Shown piece after piece: positions 9,931 to 19,724 of a stretch of 64,000 bases of DNA. The DNA comes from Candidatus Komeilibacteria bacterium RIFOXYD1_FULL_37_29. GTDB lineage: Bacteria > Patescibacteriota > Patescibacteriia > UBA1558 > GWA2-36-10. Location: positions 402,584 to 466,583 of the forward strand of contig MHKS01000005.1 of NCBI GenBank assembly GCA_001818495.1, written 5' to 3'. A program made the position numbers and the translations under genes. The stretch's first letter is position 1. Every line of letters starts with the position of its first letter. Under the pieces are notes generated by a model. It had not been told where the DNA came from. It did no database searches and worked only from the letters and a program-made list of their open reading frames with translations.

Positions 9931-11524
9931 AATACTGATTATTTCATTTTTGGTTTTTTTATTTATCTATAATTTTACCAATATTTTTGTTTGGTGGCCG
10001 ATGCTTAAAGATACCGAACATTTGATTTTTAATTGGCCGGATAGCACTGCCAATTACTTTTTTTCCAGCTTATTTGCCAATGGTGGAAACCTTTGGTTTA
10101 GTGAGATGCTCAATCTTTACACCGATAATCTTTTACATGCCCGCAGCATCAATGTAGTGGGAGGAAATTTAGTACCCATGACATTTTTGCCGGCTATCGT
10201 TATTTTTGGAGCTTTTGGGCGTATTTTAGGGGAATTTGGTATATTAGCTCTGACACCATTTTTAGCTGCTTTATCCGGACTCTTGGTTTATAGATTGGTT
10301 TATTATATTTTCAAAGATTTAGATATTGCTTTGGCATCTTCTTTACTTTTCTGGTCTTTGGCCCCTTGGGTATTTTTTGCCAATGAAGTGATGCTACCGA
10401 GCATACTATTTATTTTTTTGGTTTTAGCCGGCTTTTGGGCGTTAGCTAAAAGTATAATTTTAGAAAAGAGTTTGTATTGGATACTAGCTTCGTTATTTTT
10501 ATCTTTGGCTATCTTTGTTCGGCCGACTGAGGTAGTCTGGTTGTCTTTGATTTTTATTTTTATAGTCTATCTCAATCGCCAGAAAATATATCTGAAGCAT
10601 TATGTTTACGGGTTCGTAATTTTTTTGGCTGTCTTGTTTTTATTTTTAATTTTAAATAAAAATACTTACGGTTCTTACTTTAGTATCGGTTACTTAAATT
10701 TTCAATCAAATAGTTTATCCACGGAGTTTTCCGGACAAAAAACTAGTGGATTGTTAAATTATCTAAAATTATTGATAGCTCCATTTGGTCTAGATTTTAT
10801 TTTACTTACCAAGAATTTTTATAAATATTTTATAGAAATTTTTGCACCGTATTTGGTATTGGCTTTTTTAGGAGTGAGTATTATATTTTATAAAAAACAA
10901 GTTACCAGTCCTTGGAAAAAATATTTTTTGCTTAGTCCTTTTGTTTTTATAATTATTTTGCTTTATTATGGATCTTGGGATTTGGCTGATCCACTGGTTA
11001 AAGAATTAAATAAAATATCTATTTCTTATGTCAGATATTTTTTGCCGCTATATATTTGGGTTTTACCGCTCGCCGCCTGGGCAATTAAAAAAATGTTTTA
11101 TGGGCCAACCAAAATAAATAAGGTAGCTTATTATATAGTGATTGTGGCACTGATGCTCACATCGGTTAAGTTGGCTTTTTATTCTAAAAATGATGGACTC
11201 TGGAGTAATATGGATAATTTACAAAATTATAATGAGCAGTATAAGGCCGTTAGCCAAGTAGTGGAAAAGGAGGCGGTGATTATTAGTGAGAGAAGTGACA
11301 AAGTTTTCTTCCCAAAATATCGGGTGATTGTTCCACAGGGTGATTTGCCGCTCTGGTCTAGAGTAAAAAATATTATTAATTTAGTACCGATTTATTATTA
11401 TACTGATAAAAATAGCGAGCTTTTGAGTGTTGACCAAGGTGAGCTGGATAAGCTAAACTTAAAACTAGAAGATCAGGGCAAAATATGGCATAATTTTAGC
11501 TTATATAAAGTATCCAATAAGTAA
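9902..11524 (+). CDS. Multi-pass membrane GT-C-fold glycosyltransferase-like protein
   Basis: About 12 hydrophobic helices, acidic WPD motif in first loop, RP and YVRYFLP motifs; glycan-cluster context. Confidence 0.6.
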   Translation: MMNIRLTHNKILIISFLVFLFIYNFTNIFVWWPMLKDTEHLIFNWPDSTANYFFSSLFANGGNLWFSEMLNLYTDNLLHARSINVVGGNLVPMTFLPAIVIFGAFGRILGEFGILALTPFLAALSGLLVYRLVYYIFKDLDIALASSLLFWSLAPWVFFANEVMLPSILFIFLVLAGFWALAKSIILEKSLYWILASLFLSLAIFVRPTEVVWLSLIFIFIVYLNRQKIYLKHYVYGFVIFLAVLFLFLILNKNTYGSYFSIGYLNFQSNSLSTEFSGQKTSGLLNYLKLLIAPFGLDFILLTKNFYKYFIEIFAPYLVLAFLGVSIIFYKKQVTSPWKKYFLLSPFVFIIILLYYGSWDLADPLVKELNKISISYVRYFLPLYIWVLPLAAWAIKKMFYGPTKINKVAYYIVIVALMLTSVKLAFYSKNDGLWSNMDNLQNYNEQYKAVSQVVEKEAVIISERSDKVFFPKYRVIVPQGDLPLWSRVKNIINLVPIYYYTDKNSELLSVDQGELDKLNLKLEDQGKIWHNFSLYKVSNK

Positions 11525-11530
11525 AAATAT

Positions 11531-11935
11531 ATGGCAGATTGTATTTTTTGTAAAATAGTCAGTGGTGAATTACCAAGCTATAAAGTCTACGAAGATGAAG
11601 ATACCATGGCTTTTTTAGACATTAATCCAACGGCTTTTGGCCATACTTTGGTAATACCCAAAAAACATTTTTCTAATCTTGAAGAAATTCCAGCAGATTT
11701 ATTACAGCAGACTATTTTGATTGTCAAAAAAGTTGGTCAGTCTATCAAAGATAATCTCGATGTGGCCGGTTATAATGTCTGTGAAAATAATGATCCGGGA
11801 GCTAATCAGATTATTCCCCATATTCATTTTCATCTGATTCCTAGATACAAAAATGATCATTTGGATCCCTGGCCGCAAACTAAATATCCCGAGGGCAAAG
11901 CAATACAAATTTTAGAAAAAATTAAGATAAATTAA
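11531..11935 (+). CDS. HIT family nucleotide hydrolase
   Basis: DCIFCKI, GHTLVIPK, HIHFHLIP histidine triad. Confidence 0.92.
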   Translation: MADCIFCKIVSGELPSYKVYEDEDTMAFLDINPTAFGHTLVIPKKHFSNLEEIPADLLQQTILIVKKVGQSIKDNLDVAGYNVCENNDPGANQIIPHIHFHLIPRYKNDHLDPWPQTKYPEGKAIQILEKIKIN

Positions 11936-12949
11936 ATGAAATTATTAGTTACAGGCGGAGCCGGTTTTATTGGCTCAAATTTTATCCATTATATATTAAA
12001 AAAATATCCGGATTATCAAGTGGTAAATTTGGACATTTTGACTTATGCCGGTAATTTGGAAAATCTTAAAGCAGTGGAGCTAAATCCCCAATATACTTTT
12101 GTTAAAGGTGACATCGGTGATTATGATTTAGTGGATAAAATTGTCAAAGATCATAAGGTAGATATGATTGTTAATTTTGCCGCTGAGTCACATAACAGCT
12201 GGGCTATTATTGATCCGGGAAAATTTTTTAAAACCAATGTTTTAGGCACACAGAATTTACTGGAGGTAGCGAGAAAAAATGGTGGTATTAGGTTTCATCA
12301 TATTTCTACTTGTGAGGTCTATGGTGATTTGCCTCTGGACAGTGATAAAAAATTTACGGAAAATTCTCCTTATTTACCGCGCACACCGTACAATGCTTCC
12401 AAAGCCGCTTCTGATTTGGCGGTGAGGGTTTATTTTGATACTTTTAAATTGCCAGTGACAATTTCCAATTGTTCCAATAATTATGGACCATATCAATTTC
12501 CGGAAAAATTAATACCGCTCTTTGTCACTAATTTACTTAAAAATAAAAAAGTACCGGTTTATAAAAATAGTCAAAATCGTCGGGAGTGGTTGCATGTTTT
12601 AGACCATTGTCAGGCCGTTGATTTGATTCTTCATCAAGGTAAAATTGGCGAAACCTATAATGTCGGTAGCGGAGTGGAACAAAGTGTTGAACAAATTACC
12701 GATTTTATACTAAAAGAATTGGGCCAGCCACAATCCATGAAAGAATATGTCCAGGATAGACCGGGCCATGATCGTCGTTATCTTTTGGATGCTTCTAAAA
12801 TTAAAAAAGAGCTGGGTTGGCAACCAAAAATTGCTTTTGAGCAGGGGCTCAAAGACACTATCAAGTGGTATATCGATAATCCTCGTTGGTGGCAGCCGCT
12901 TAAGGAAAAGAATATTTTAGTGGAGGGAGATTGGAGTAAGAAAAAATAA
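11936..12949 (+). CDS. rmlB: dTDP-glucose 4,6-dehydratase
   Basis: TGGAGFIGSNF, LTYAGNLENL, FAAESH, YNASK, NNYGPYQFPEKLIP, DRPGHDRRY. Confidence 0.92.
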   Translation: MKLLVTGGAGFIGSNFIHYILKKYPDYQVVNLDILTYAGNLENLKAVELNPQYTFVKGDIGDYDLVDKIVKDHKVDMIVNFAAESHNSWAIIDPGKFFKTNVLGTQNLLEVARKNGGIRFHHISTCEVYGDLPLDSDKKFTENSPYLPRTPYNASKAASDLAVRVYFDTFKLPVTISNCSNNYGPYQFPEKLIPLFVTNLLKNKKVPVYKNSQNRREWLHVLDHCQAVDLILHQGKIGETYNVGSGVEQSVEQITDFILKELGQPQSMKEYVQDRPGHDRRYLLDASKIKKELGWQPKIAFEQGLKDTIKWYIDNPRWWQPLKEKNILVEGDWSKKK

Positions 12950-12982
12950 TAGCCTTTAAAAAGCTGTTTAGCCGTTTTGATT

Positions 12983-13987
12983 ATGGAGCAGCAAATATTT
13001 AAAAAAGAATATACTCGTGATAATGCTTTGATTATCCAAGAGGTTTGGGGTAGAGCACATATGATAGATGTTGATGCTAATTCTAATCCTTACTTACCAA
13101 CGCAAGTAATTTATATTAACGATGGAGTAGCGGAAATTTGGAATAATGAGCGCTCCATCGAGTGGCTGGAAAGAAAATTACTGGAAAAAAATCAAACTGC
13201 TCCAGATTTTTTTTGGCAAAAAATGGAGGAATATGATAGACAGCTGGTTAATTTAAAAAAATATTGGCGAAAGCATCATTTAGATTCAGTGGCCGAACTA
13301 AGAGATTTTATTGGCTTGATGCGAGCCGCTACCAGAAATTTTTTAGTTTTTTATTATTCAGCTATCAGTCAAAAAACACCAGACAAGATAAAATCTCGGG
13401 CTTTAGAAATTCGGGAGCAAGATACTTTTTACGATGATTCCAATCGGCTGATCTTTAATACTTTAGAATACGTATATCCGGAAATAAAAGGTTTGGGCAT
13501 CACTGTATTAGAAAGAGATTTGAATCAATTTCCTAGTCCCCAGGAACTAAAAGAAAGATTTCAAAATTTTGTCTATATTACGGATGAAACGGCTGAGGCT
13601 ATAAATCTTAAAAAATTTTTAAGTAAGAACAAGCAATACAAATTTATTTTTAATCAAATAGAGGACCAGACTCAGGTTTTTGGTCAAGTAGCGCATCGGG
13701 GCAAAGTAAACGGGCGAGTGAGGATTTTAAAAAGAAAAAATCAAGTAGTTGAGTTTAAACCAGGTGAAATATTAGTTTCTCCTATGACTACTCCTGATTT
13801 TGTGCCAGCTATGAAGTTGGCGGCTGCTTTTGTCACTGACGAAGGAGGAATTGGTTGTCATGCCGCTATTTTAGCTAGAGAATTAAAAGTTCCTTGTGTG
13901 ATTGGTACTAGATTCGCTACCCAAGTTTTTAAAGACGGAGATATGGTGGAGGTGGATGCTGAGAAGGGCATCGTTAAAAAGATATAA
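12983..13987 (+). CDS. Uncharacterised N-terminal domain + PEP-utilising phospho-His swivel domain (array copy 1)
   Basis: C-terminal VTDEGGIGCHAAILARELKVPCVIG...[12 protein letters not shown] at 12983 preferred over TTG at 12977. Confidence 0.85.
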   Translation: MEQQIFKKEYTRDNALIIQEVWGRAHMIDVDANSNPYLPTQVIYINDGVAEIWNNERSIEWLERKLLEKNQTAPDFFWQKMEEYDRQLVNLKKYWRKHHLDSVAELRDFIGLMRAATRNFLVFYYSAISQKTPDKIKSRALEIREQDTFYDDSNRLIFNTLEYVYPEIKGLGITVLERDLNQFPSPQELKERFQNFVYITDETAEAINLKKFLSKNKQYKFIFNQIEDQTQVFGQVAHRGKVNGRVRILKRKNQVVEFKPGEILVSPMTTPDFVPAMKLAAAFVTDEGGIGCHAAILARELKVPCVIGTRFATQVFKDGDMVEVDAEKGIVKKI

Positions 13988-13991
13988 AACC

Positions 13992-15065
13992 ATGATTGAA
14001 GAAATAAAAAAATATAAATTAACAGCTTATGGTGGAGTAAAACGTAACCTTTCTTTATTTACTTATAGTTGCATAGGGCGGGCCTATGTGCACAGTATGA
14101 TAAAATTTGCCAAGGTAAGTTATGGTCCTATAGCTGCTTACGGTAATAAAGATTATTGGTATTCTTTGTTCAATATGAAATATTTGACTGATACGGTGGC
14201 TCAAAGCATGGAACGGGATAGTAGATGGTTGGACAAAGTAAGGAAAAAATCAATAGATAATTTTAATAAGTTTAAGATAAATTTTAATAGACAAATAAAA
14301 TTTGTTGAATCAAAGCCAATGGATTTTTTGGCTTGGATCATAAAAAATTATCCTGGTTATTTTGTCATTTTAGGATTGTATAATGGACTGTGGCGTTATA
14401 AGGAATATAGTAAGGATAGTCAGCCCGCCATAGATGATGGTAGTGTTGAAGAAATAGCCAAAGAAAGAAGTCAAGTAGCAATACTTTATCCTTTGGTGGA
14501 GAAGTACTTAAAAGAGGCTATTAAATCAATGTCTTTAAATATTGGTTTGGCAGAAATAGACTATCTATTATTGACCAGAGGAGAATTGCAACGTGTAGTG
14601 GAAAAAAAACTTATAAATAAAGAATTGCAAAGCTTAATAAAGAAAAGGGGCCAGGGGTATGTGTATTTATATAATGGTAATAGAGAAACGATTGTCTCTG
14701 ACCAAGAAATTTTAAAAAAAGTTAGAGACTACGCTATCCCTAAAATAAAAAATGTAAGTATTTTGCAAGGCACAGTAGCTTATAGTGGTTTTGTTGATGG
14801 TACAGTAGTTTTTGATTTAAAAAAGATGCTAGATTATCGAAAGGCAGTTTATATTACAAACATGACTCATCCAGATGAAATACCGTGGCTTAAAAAAGTT
14901 TCAGCTATAGTAACAGATGAGGGGGGAGTATTGTCTCACGTGGCGATTATTGCAAGAGAACTTAAAATTCCTACACTTATGGGCACAAAAATTGCTACCC
15001 AAGTTTTTAAAGACGGTGATATGGTAGAGGTTGACGCTATTAAAGGAATAGTAAAGAAAATATAA
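13992..15065 (+). CDS. Uncharacterised N-terminal domain + phospho-His swivel domain (array copy 2)
   Basis: VTDEGGVLSHVAIIARELKIP. In-frame ATG at 13992, 4 nt after the previous stop, preferred over TTG at 13902. Confidence 0.85.
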   Translation: MIEEIKKYKLTAYGGVKRNLSLFTYSCIGRAYVHSMIKFAKVSYGPIAAYGNKDYWYSLFNMKYLTDTVAQSMERDSRWLDKVRKKSIDNFNKFKINFNRQIKFVESKPMDFLAWIIKNYPGYFVILGLYNGLWRYKEYSKDSQPAIDDGSVEEIAKERSQVAILYPLVEKYLKEAIKSMSLNIGLAEIDYLLLTRGELQRVVEKKLINKELQSLIKKRGQGYVYLYNGNRETIVSDQEILKKVRDYAIPKIKNVSILQGTVAYSGFVDGTVVFDLKKMLDYRKAVYITNMTHPDEIPWLKKVSAIVTDEGGVLSHVAIIARELKIPTLMGTKIATQVFKDGDMVEVDAIKGIVKKI

Positions 15066-15066
15066 A
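14994..15066 (+). repeat. 73-bp exact direct repeat, copy A (3' end of array gene 2)
   Basis: GCTACCCAAGTTTTTAAAGACGGTGATATGGTAGAGGTTGACGCTATTAAAGGAATAGTAAAGAAAATATAAA, identical to 16057-16129. Confidence 0.95.
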
Positions 15067-15075
15067 TAAAATAAT

Positions 15076-16128
15076 ATGGCGGATACATTAGATAGTTTAA
15101 AAAAATACCACTGGAAGTCAATTTGGGCTGGGGATTGGACAATAATGCCGTGCTCTGATTGGGGTGAACATTATATTACCACGTTGAGGGTCAATGGGGA
15201 GCCATTTGTTAGGCGAGTAGTATTTATATTTGAAAATGGAAAAAGCTCATGCTGGGTGACAGAAGAGGATATTTCGGTATTTCATGACAGAATGATAAAG
15301 ATGGTGGATGATAAAATGTCCAATGTTAACATCTTGGCTAATAATCTGGTACAAGCGGCCAAAGCAGCTTTAGAATACATGGATGAGAATAAAAATTTTA
15401 TAGATTACGAAACGTATAATAGGTATCGGGAGATCATACGTACTTATTATAATGCTCATATGCCGGTAAAGTATTTTGCTGATGCTTTGACTGGTCAGCA
15501 ACTGGAAGAGTTTTTACCAATTTTACAAAAAGCCAGAGTAGAGGCTGAGTCAGTATTCACAAATACTATTTTATTTGACAAGATGATTGTCAAAAATATT
15601 GGGGAAAAAACTGGGATAGCAGAAGGGCTATTATTAAATACCACTAGAGATGAGTTATTGCATATATGGAGGAATAAAGCGCCTTTGCCAAAAGACATAA
15701 AACAACGGCATTCATTTTCAGCTTTAGTATTTGAAAATAAAGATCCAAAATTATTTGTTGGTAATAAAGCTAAAGAAATATTAGCTACTTTAGCCAGAGT
15801 AGACACTAAAGAAAATATTGTAGGTAGCACAGCTTATCCGGGTAAGATTGTGGGTAGAGTAAAAATTGTTTTAGACCCAACTAATGTTAGAGATTTTCGT
15901 CAGGGCGATGTTTTAGTTACACGTATGACTAGACCAGAATTTTTACCTTTAATGAAAATGGCTTCTGGTTTTGTGACCGATGCCGGTGGTATTTTAAGTC
16001 ATGCCGCTATCACAGCCAGAGAATTAAAAAAACCATGTATAATTGGAACTAAAGTAGCTACCCAAGTTTTTAAAGACGGTGATATGGTAGAGGTTGACGC
16101 TATTAAAGGAATAGTAAAGAAAATATAA
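15076..16128 (+). CDS. Uncharacterised N-terminal domain + phospho-His swivel domain (array copy 3)
   Basis: [25 protein letters not shown]. Confidence 0.85.
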   Translation: MADTLDSLKKYHWKSIWAGDWTIMPCSDWGEHYITTLRVNGEPFVRRVVFIFENGKSSCWVTEEDISVFHDRMIKMVDDKMSNVNILANNLVQAAKAALEYMDENKNFIDYETYNRYREIIRTYYNAHMPVKYFADALTGQQLEEFLPILQKARVEAESVFTNTILFDKMIVKNIGEKTGIAEGLLLNTTRDELLHIWRNKAPLPKDIKQRHSFSALVFENKDPKLFVGNKAKEILATLARVDTKENIVGSTAYPGKIVGRVKIVLDPTNVRDFRQGDVLVTRMTRPEFLPLMKMASGFVTDAGGILSHAAITARELKKPCIIGTKVATQVFKDGDMVEVDAIKGIVKKI

Positions 16129-16129
16129 A
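16057..16129 (+). repeat. 73-bp exact direct repeat, copy B (3' end of array gene 3)
   Basis: Identical to 14994-15066 by base-by-base comparison; degenerate versions start at 13916 and 17075. Confidence 0.95.
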
Positions 16130-17149
16130 ATGGATATAGATTTTGACTACAGTTTAGAATATGAAAGACATCAAAGGGACTATTCTATTTTAGGGACCAC
16201 TATTGTTTTTCGAGGATTATTTAAACAAAATGCTAGATTTTTTGGTGTTATCCCTAATCCTGTTTATTTTTTGGTTAAGGACGATATTTTATATCATTAT
16301 ATGGCGAAAAAAGATGGCGTCAGCCGAATGGAAAATTGGCTTAAGAAAAATGATCTGAATTCATTTAAAAAAATAGAAAAGTTTTATTCTGCTCGCTTGA
16401 AAGAATTTAATAAATTTATATTAAAACAGCCAGAAAATTTAGAACTGGCTATTAAGCAAGCCGAGGAGTTTTTTGTTGATTTTACGGAAATAATCCTTTT
16501 GGGGTATGAATTACCTCTTTATATGAAAGATAAAGCATCTTCAGAGATTATAGATTTTGCTTTAGCTAGTAGGGAAAAATATGAAAATGTCCATAAGATA
16601 AACTTTTCCATTATAGAAAAACTATTGAATCAGCTGGAAAAAAACAGAGACATACCCAAGGACACTTTAAAATATTTAACCATTGAGGAATTGGAAGATT
16701 TTTTACGGAACAATAAATTAGCAGATATTGGATATAGAAAAAAGTATATTGTAGTTAAATATGATGGTAATTATTCCTTTTTTTATGATCCTAATCTTTG
16801 GAATATTTTAAATCCTAAAGTAGCTAGAGATTTTGTCAAAGGAAATACTGCTTATAAAGGGATAGTCAGGGGGACTGTTAAGATTATTAAAAAAATTACA
16901 GAAGCAGCCGAGTTAAAAAAGGGACAAATTTTAATAACTAGTATGACTGATCCGCGCTATGTACCAGCTATGAAAAAAGCCGCAGCGATTGTCACTGACG
17001 AGGGTGGTATAACTTGTCATGCTGCTATAGTGTCTCGGGAATTAAAAATACCTTGTGTAATAGGGACAAAAGAAGCTACTCAAGTATTTAAAGACGGAGA
17101 TATGGTGGAAGTTGATGCTAATCAGGGAATAGTGAGAAAAATAAAGTAA
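16130..17149 (+). CDS. Uncharacterised N-terminal domain + phospho-His swivel domain (array copy 4)
   Basis: [25 protein letters not shown]. Confidence 0.85.
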   Translation: MDIDFDYSLEYERHQRDYSILGTTIVFRGLFKQNARFFGVIPNPVYFLVKDDILYHYMAKKDGVSRMENWLKKNDLNSFKKIEKFYSARLKEFNKFILKQPENLELAIKQAEEFFVDFTEIILLGYELPLYMKDKASSEIIDFALASREKYENVHKINFSIIEKLLNQLEKNRDIPKDTLKYLTIEELEDFLRNNKLADIGYRKKYIVVKYDGNYSFFYDPNLWNILNPKVARDFVKGNTAYKGIVRGTVKIIKKITEAAELKKGQILITSMTDPRYVPAMKKAAAIVTDEGGITCHAAIVSRELKIPCVIGTKEATQVFKDGDMVEVDANQGIVRKIK

Positions 17150-17162
17150 ATATAAATATCTT

Positions 17163-17234
17163 ATCCCGCTTCGCCCAGAGGCTTCGCGGGATGCTCAATT
17201 TTGCAACTAATCGCTACGCTCTTAGGCAAAATTG
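17163..17234. repeat. Tandem GC-rich stem-loops (REP-like element) after the swivel-domain array
   Basis: ATCCCGC...GCGGGAT (17163-17192) enclosing TTCGCCCAGAGGCTTC, then CAATTTTGC-AA-CTAA-TCGCTACGCTC-TTAG-GCAAAATTG (17196-17234). Confidence 0.6.
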
Positions 17235-17238
17235 GCAG

Positions 17239-17267
17239 TAGACAATTACTAGATTATTAGGTAGAAT
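17239..17267 (+). promoter_or_regulatory. Sigma70-like promoter for the rmlD-like/rmlA genes
   Basis: TAGACA-N17-TAGAAT. Confidence 0.5.
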
Positions 17268-17299
17268 TTTAGTATAATTTTAAATTAGTCATTAAATAA

Positions 17300-18133
17300 A
17301 TGAAGATTTTAATCATTGGAAAAGGGTATTTAGGCACTCGTTGCGCTGTGGCCTGGAAAAATGCCGTAATTAGCGACAAGATAATAGCCACAGTTAAAGA
17401 CGTGGAAGAACTGATAGACCAGCATCATCCGGACGGTATTTTAAATGCGGCTGGTGTAGTCGGCAAACCAAATGTAGATTGGTGTGAAACTCATCAAATA
17501 GAAACCCTTAAGGGTAATACTATTTTGCCGTTGATTATAGCCGAAGCTTGTCAAAATAAGGGTATTTATCTTTTGCATATGGCTACGGGTTGTGTTTTTT
17601 ATGGACAGTCTCCTCACGGTGGTCCTTGGACAGAAGAGGACTATGGTAATCCAGCAGCCGTTTATACTAAGTCAAAATTTGCGGCTGATTTAGTTTTGTC
17701 TACTTTACCCAATGTTGGTATTGCTCGTATTCGGATGCCGTTTGATAGCCAGTCACATCCCGCCAATCTCATTGATAAGCTATCTAAATATGAAAAGATA
17801 GTTGATGTAGAAAATTCCATGACTGTGGTTGATGATATGGTTGATGTTTTTTATAAACTTTTAGAAAAGAAAGCCGAAGGCATATTTCACGTGACCAACC
17901 CTGGATCAATCAAACACAAAGAAATAATGGAGCTGTATAAAAAATATGTTGATCCCAGTCATAGCAATAAGTGGATTACTGAAGAAGATTTGGTAAAGCT
18001 TGGTCTGGCTAATAAAAAAAGATCAAATAATATCATGACCTCTATAAATCTTAAAAAATACGGCATTACAATGCGGCCGATTAAAGAAGCCGTTACAGAG
18101 GCTCTTAAAAAATATGCTAAAGGTAAAAAATAA
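17300..18133 (+). CDS. NDP-4-keto-6-deoxyglucose reductase, RmlD-like / NRS-ER-like (possibly bifunctional 3,5-epimerase/4-reductase)
   Basis: GKGYLG, AAGVVGKPNVDWCE, ATGCVF, YTKSK, RIRMP; lies between rmlB and rmlA. Confidence 0.7.
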   Translation: MKILIIGKGYLGTRCAVAWKNAVISDKIIATVKDVEELIDQHHPDGILNAAGVVGKPNVDWCETHQIETLKGNTILPLIIAEACQNKGIYLLHMATGCVFYGQSPHGGPWTEEDYGNPAAVYTKSKFAADLVLSTLPNVGIARIRMPFDSQSHPANLIDKLSKYEKIVDVENSMTVVDDMVDVFYKLLEKKAEGIFHVTNPGSIKHKEIMELYKKYVDPSHSNKWITEEDLVKLGLANKKRSNNIMTSINLKKYGITMRPIKEAVTEALKKYAKGKK

Positions 18134-18135
18134 TT

Positions 18136-18864
18136 ATGAGAGGAATAATTTTAGCCGGTGGAGCCGGTAATAGGTTAAAACCATTAACAAAAGTAACTTC
18201 TAAACAGTTGTTACCGATTTATGATCAGCCGATGATCTATTATCCACTTCAGACCTTAATCAATGGTGGCATCCAAGATATCTTAGTTATTTCCGATCCC
18301 AATAATATCGGCAATATTGTTAGACTACTGGGCAGTGGTAAAGATTTTGGTGTCAGAATTCGTTATGAAGTCCAAGATAGTCCCGATGGATTAGCTCAAG
18401 CGTTTTTACTGGGGGAGATTTTTATTGGTGATGACGATGTCACTTTGATATTGGGTGATAATTTATTTGTCGGTGACGGTAAATTTTTAGAAGAAGCTAT
18501 CAGAAGTTTTAAAGGTGGCGGTCGGGTTTTTGCTAAGGAAGTGCCAGATCCAGAAAGATATGGTGTGGTAGATTTTGACAAAAAAGGTCAAGCCATTAGT
18601 ATTGAAGAAAAACCAAAAAATCCCAAGAGTAATTATGCGGTCACGGGTTTATATATTTATGATAATGGGGTGATTGCTAAAGCTAAAAGTCTAAAACCTT
18701 CTGCTCGTGGAGAGCTGGAGATTACTGATGTTAATAATCTTTACCTTAAAGAAGGTCGCTTAGATGTCAGAATTTATAAAGACTATTGGTTGGATACCGG
18801 TACTTTTGACGCCTTACTTGAAGCCGGTAATACTATTGCTAAACTGAGAAAAGCCGGCAAATAA
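18136..18864 (+). CDS. rmlA: Glucose-1-phosphate thymidylyltransferase (short form)
   Basis: GIILAGGAGNRLKPLT, KQLLPIYD, LILGDN, EEKP, SARGELEITD, WLDTGT. Confidence 0.88.
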   Translation: MRGIILAGGAGNRLKPLTKVTSKQLLPIYDQPMIYYPLQTLINGGIQDILVISDPNNIGNIVRLLGSGKDFGVRIRYEVQDSPDGLAQAFLLGEIFIGDDDVTLILGDNLFVGDGKFLEEAIRSFKGGGRVFAKEVPDPERYGVVDFDKKGQAISIEEKPKNPKSNYAVTGLYIYDNGVIAKAKSLKPSARGELEITDVNNLYLKEGRLDVRIYKDYWLDTGTFDALLEAGNTIAKLRKAGK

Positions 18865-18866
18865 GT

Positions 18867-19709
18867 ATGAATTTTGAAAGTCTTAATGTAGAAAAAGAAG
18901 CTAAGGGTGAAAATGTAACTGTTCATTCTGTTTTTATTCGTCATGGAGAAAAATTTCACGATATAAATAATCCAGAGACAGATCTGACCCCTAAGGGAGA
19001 AGAGGCTAGCCGTGAAATTGGAAAAAATAGGCCGGAAGTTGATGCTATTAAAGGGTATAGTAGTGATACTCAGAGAACAAAATATACTACCAGGTCCATA
19101 GTTGAGCAGTCTCCTACAGAAAACAAGTTAACTCAACGCATCAGAAATGGCTTGGGTATTAGGTATGATTCAGGTAATGAATTTACCAAGAAATTGCAAG
19201 GGATAAAAGAAGAGTTGCTGGGAAAAGGGTATGATGATTTATCAGAGGAGCAAAAAGTAGCCAGGTTAGATGAATACAACTCTGTTATAACTGATTGTTA
19301 TTTAGCTTTGGGCGATAAGCGGCCGGACCCAAATACCTATTCTCCAGTAGAAACAGCCGCTACTATGGCCAAGATATTGAATAATAATATCAGGATGGCC
19401 GATAGATTAAAAGCTAATTCAAAAGTTGATTTGGTCAATGCCACACATGATTTTAATATAGTGGCTTTCTTGAAGGAAGTTTTGGTAAGAAACATAGATG
19501 ATAAAAGAGTAGTTGGTTTTGATTCTGTTAAGGAAATAGGGGGGAGCATGGAATTTAATGGTGGTTTTGAAGTTTTAATAAAAACAGATGATGGTGGCCA
19601 TAAAACTCTAAAAATATTATTTAGGGGAGAAGAATACGAAATAGACGAGACTAGATTAACCGAGCTAGTAGAAATTGCCAAAGGTTTAAAAAAGCAGGAT
19701 AAAAAATAA
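18867..19709 (+). CDS. Histidine phosphatase superfamily protein
   Basis: FIRHGEK (RHG), DLTPKG, SSDTQRTKYT, ATHDF (second His). Confidence 0.75.
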   Translation: MNFESLNVEKEAKGENVTVHSVFIRHGEKFHDINNPETDLTPKGEEASREIGKNRPEVDAIKGYSSDTQRTKYTTRSIVEQSPTENKLTQRIRNGLGIRYDSGNEFTKKLQGIKEELLGKGYDDLSEEQKVARLDEYNSVITDCYLALGDKRPDPNTYSPVETAATMAKILNNNIRMADRLKANSKVDLVNATHDFNIVAFLKEVLVRNIDDKRVVGFDSVKEIGGSMEFNGGFEVLIKTDDGGHKTLKILFRGEEYEIDETRLTELVEIAKGLKKQDKK

Positions 19710-19724
19710 TATAGTAATTTATAT

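Noticed and set aside
13902-13991. ORF-track N-terminal extensions (also 35550 for rplM, 31561 for murB, 53287 for the M23 gene)
   Set aside because: They overlap upstream genes or promoters, and better in-frame ATG starts exist downstream.
13916-17149. DGR template/variable repeats or a CRISPR array
   Set aside because: The repeats are coding 3' ends about 1 kb apart. Differences between copies fall mostly at third codon positions, not specifically at adenines. No reverse transcriptase or cas gene is in the window.
17163-17234. Integron attC site
   Set aside because: No RYYYAAC/GTTRRRY ends, not repeated between the array genes, and the window's tyrosine recombinase shows no recognisable IntI-specific insertion.
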